From: an uncultured Opitutaceae bacterium
GTDB lineage: Bacteria > Verrucomicrobiota > Verrucomicrobiia > Opitutales > Opitutaceae
DNA length: 64,000 bases
Assembly (NCBI GenBank): GCA_903862595.1
Contig: CAIOYO010000092.1
Location: 588-64,587, forward strand
Direction: 5' to 3'
Shown: in pieces, positions 61,747 through 64,000 of the stretch
How the letters are laid out: each line of letters opens with the position of its first letter
Position numbering within the stretch: the stretch's first letter is position 1
Made by a program: the position numbers and the translations under genes
The notes under the pieces: model-generated
What the model was told of the DNA's origin: nothing
The model's input: only the letters and a program-made list of their open reading frames with translations
Databases searched by the model: none

Positions 61747-64000
61747 CTAGGGCGAGCGGAGCTCGTAGACCTCAACGATGCCGACGCCCGGCTGCGCCGG
61801 TTGGCCGGTGGTTTCAAAAGGTTGGACCACGACCGTGTAACTGCCCGGCAGGAGATCGGTCACGAGGGCCGGCTCGATCGGCGTCATCTCCGGGAGATTC
61901 AGGGACTTGATCGCGTCGAAGACGGCCTGTTCGGAGGGCTGATCGACCGTGCCGCGCGCGATGCGGGCGCCGCCCGCCAACGAGGTATTCGGCGGATCCC
62001 AATCGTCGATCTCGAGCAGGCGTCGCCCGGTTCCATCGTACAGCGTCATCATCGGATCCCCGAGCACCTCCGGGACGCCGAACTGAGTCAGTGTCGGCCC
62101 GAGGACACGGATCAGCACGCGCTTGGTCCCGGAGGAGCGCAGCGGATCCGGCGCGATCACGAAGCCCGCCACCATCTCGCGCCCGGCTCGGTCTGCATAG
62201 GCCCGGGTGGAAAGGTTCAGGAGACGCTGCCCGGCGACGGCATCGAGCTCGTACCCTTCGACCAACGCGGTGCCCGTTGCGCCACCCACGCCCTCGACGT
62301 TGGCGCTGTAGCTGCCAGCCGGCAAAGCGAGCACGATCGCCGAATCCAGGCTGCCATTCGCAAAGGGAAAGCCGCGCACCGTGGTTTCCTGGGGGTTGGC
62401 CTGAACACCCCAGTTGTCATTCTCGCCGATGAGTTCGGCCTGAGGCAGCCGGAAGATCCGCACCCGCGGGTTCGACAGCGTCCCCGGGACCCCGAACTGT
62501 GCGAGTGACGGTCCCACGGCCCGCACGAGGACGCGCTTGGTGCCGGGGCCCTCCACGATGAAACCGCCGATGAGCTGCTGGGCTCCCGTGCCGACGAACG
62601 CCCGGGTCGAGACGTTGATGAGGGTACCCGCATCGTACGGGCGATCTCCCGAAATCCGGTAATTGGCGACCTCGAAGGCATTCTCCGTGATGGTACGCGC
62701 CCCGTCGGACTCGCCCGTCTGGCCCGCCGGGACACCGATCGCGGTGGGTTCGGCAAATTCCACGTTCAATCCTGCCGCCTCGGCCTGAGCGATCTTGATG
62801 CGGGGATTCGAGAAATACGGCAGCCGCGTACCGGGCGCATACGCCATGATGTCGCGAAACTGCCGATTGCCGCCGCGGGAGTCCTGCACCGTGAATCGGT
62901 AACCGTAGCTGAACGAATACGCCCCAGGGCCGTCGGTGTTTTCCCGATCGTGCGCACAGCCGAGATTATGACCCAACTCGTGCGACAGCACGCTGGCAGT
63001 CGCCATGACCGTGAACTGCACCACCGAGAACGCGTAGAACGGGTTCACGTAGTCGTTCGGTTCGTCGAGCAGGTAGGCAATCCCAAGACTGTTGCCCGAG
63101 TCGTTGCCCATCACGCCGATCGTGACGAGGTCCGCCAAGGCTTCGTCGCGCGCGGCGTGGATCGAATCCAGCGCCCCATCCGTCACTCCGCGCAGCGCGG
63201 AGAGGGTGCGACTGTAGTTCAGCCCAGTCTCGCTGTAGGTAACGGACTGCGCGGCCGCGAGCTGGATGCGGAGCGGGATCTGGCTGTTCGCGAAGTCGGC
63301 GTTCACCGCGGCGATGGCGAGATCGATGACGGACTCCACCTGCGACACCGTACCGTACGCGGTGCGCACCGCGCCCGTGTATAGAAACAAGAGCCGCGCC
63401 ACCATCGTCGGCGCGGCCGACTCGGCAGTCCGCCGCGCCGCCGCCCGCGCCAAGCCGCCCTCGGCGGCGAACTTCGACAGGGCCGCCGCCCGCACCGCTG
63501 CGATGTCGGCGCTGTGCGTCGGCGAGGGTGCGCCGCCGCAGGGCGGCAGGCGATCCACGGCCACCTTTACCAGCTGAGCCACCTGACCCTCCGTAGCCGC
63601 CAATCCCCGCAGATGAAATTCACCCGCCCCGGGAGCGTAGACCTGGGCCGAAACGGCGTCCTGATTGAAGCTCACCAACACCCGGCTTCCGGGCCGGTCC
63701 TGCAATTGCCCCTGCACCACATAGCGCTGCGGACCGAGCACCTCGGTGCGCAATCCCTGGACCACCTGCTCACCAACGCCCGGCAACGCGAACCGCAGCG
63801 TGCCCGATCCATCTGTCCGCCACAGCGGTGAATCCTTGGCCGCAAACACGCCGAGGTTCACCTCGACGTACCTGACCCAGTCGGCCGGCAAAGGGGCCCG
63901 CGCCTCGATCTCCGCCGCATCGATCGGCGCGGCACGCCACCGGAACAGCGTATCCGGAGTCGCCCACGCCTCCGGCGTGCTCCGCCCGGCCGCGACCTGC
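61747..64000 (-). CDS. secreted zinc metalloprotease (metzincin, HExxHxxGxxHD) with two tandem C-terminal repeat domains; 5' end outside window
   Basis: Zinc motif HELGHNLGCAHD at 62950-62982. The track start at 63891 is TTG, and the frame stays open with no stop to position 64000 (...IDAAEIEARAPLPADW...), so the CDS is partial. Two repeats of ~125-155 aa lie at 62245-62622 and 61759-62223. Confidence 0.8.
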   Translation of the reverse strand, partial: QVAAGRSTPEAWATPDTLFRWRAAPIDAAEIEARAPLPADWVRYVEVNLGVFAAKDSPLWRTDGSGTLRFALPGVGEQVVQGLRTEVLGPQRYVVQGQLQDRPGSRVLVSFNQDAVSAQVYAPGAGEFHLRGLAATEGQVAQLVKVAVDRLPPCGGAPSPTHSADIAAVRAAALSKFAAEGGLARAAARRTAESAAPTMVARLLFLYTGAVRTAYGTVSQVESVIDLAIAAVNADFANSQIPLRIQLAAAQSVTYSETGLNYSRTLSALRGVTDGALDSIHAARDEALADLVTIGVMGNDSGNSLGIAYLLDEPNDYVNPFYAFSVVQFTVMATASVLSHELGHNLGCAHDRENTDGPGAYSFSYGYRFTVQDSRGGNRQFRDIMAYAPGTRLPYFSNPRIKIAQAEAAGLNVEFAEPTAIGVPAGQTGESDGARTITENAFEVANYRISGDRPYDAGTLINVSTRAFVGTGAQQLIGGFIVEGPGTKRVLVRAVGPSLAQFGVPGTLSNPRVRIFRLPQAELIGENDNWGVQANPQETTVRGFPFANGSLDSAIVLALPAGSYSANVEGVGGATGTALVEGYELDAVAGQRLLNLSTRAYADRAGREMVAGFVIAPDPLRSSGTKRVLIRVLGPTLTQFGVPEVLGDPMMTLYDGTGRRLLEIDDWDPPNTSLAGGARIARGTVDQPSEQAVFDAIKSLNLPEMTPIEPALVTDLLPGSYTVVVQPFETTGQPAQPGVGIVEVYELRSP

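Overview
GC-rich bacterial chromosomal segment made up almost entirely of core housekeeping genes. The taxon cannot be established from sequence alone. Extended S11/S5 proteins and a fused str-S10-spc-alpha cluster give a low-confidence impression of a PVC/Verrucomicrobia-like organism. Roughly half the window (20.4-52.8 kb, all on the minus strand) is one contiguous translation/transcription super-cluster: tRNA-Thr, tuf, tRNA-Trp, secE, nusG, rplKAJL, rpoBC, rpsL-rpsG-fusA, the S10/spc/alpha ribosomal-protein genes, secY, map, rpoA and rplQ. The left flank carries ftsK, a RodZ-like gene, an NfeD-NfeD-FloA membrane-microdomain operon, an aldose-epimerase-family gene, tatA, a translationally coupled pdxJ-acpS-orf-nnr operon, gltA, hisDCBH and guaA. 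The right flank carries a TPR/ExbB/ExbD/TonB-like cluster, sufE, tatD, clpB and a partial secreted metzincin with tandem C-terminal repeat domains. I found no CRISPR array, mobile element, defence or toxin module, and no convincing novel multi-gene system; this looks like an ordinary core region. The oddities worth a second look are modest. (1) A decayed adenylate-kinase homologue sits in the canonical secY-adk-map slot. (2) SecY has a ~43-aa C-terminal extension with an extra predicted TM helix and atypical codon usage. (3) The 467-bp rpoC-rpsL spacer has two tandem intrinsic terminators bracketing ~200 nt with long-range complementarity (candidate 3'UTR-derived or independent sRNA). (4) TatA has a long His/Pro-rich tail. 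(5) Several small uncharacterised ORFs are embedded in conserved operons. Many very long stop-free antisense frames (up to 1350 codons opposite rpoB) are GC-content artefacts and were rejected. The first 'M' of several track ORFs is actually GTG/TTG; I re-derived starts from the nucleotide sequence where it mattered.
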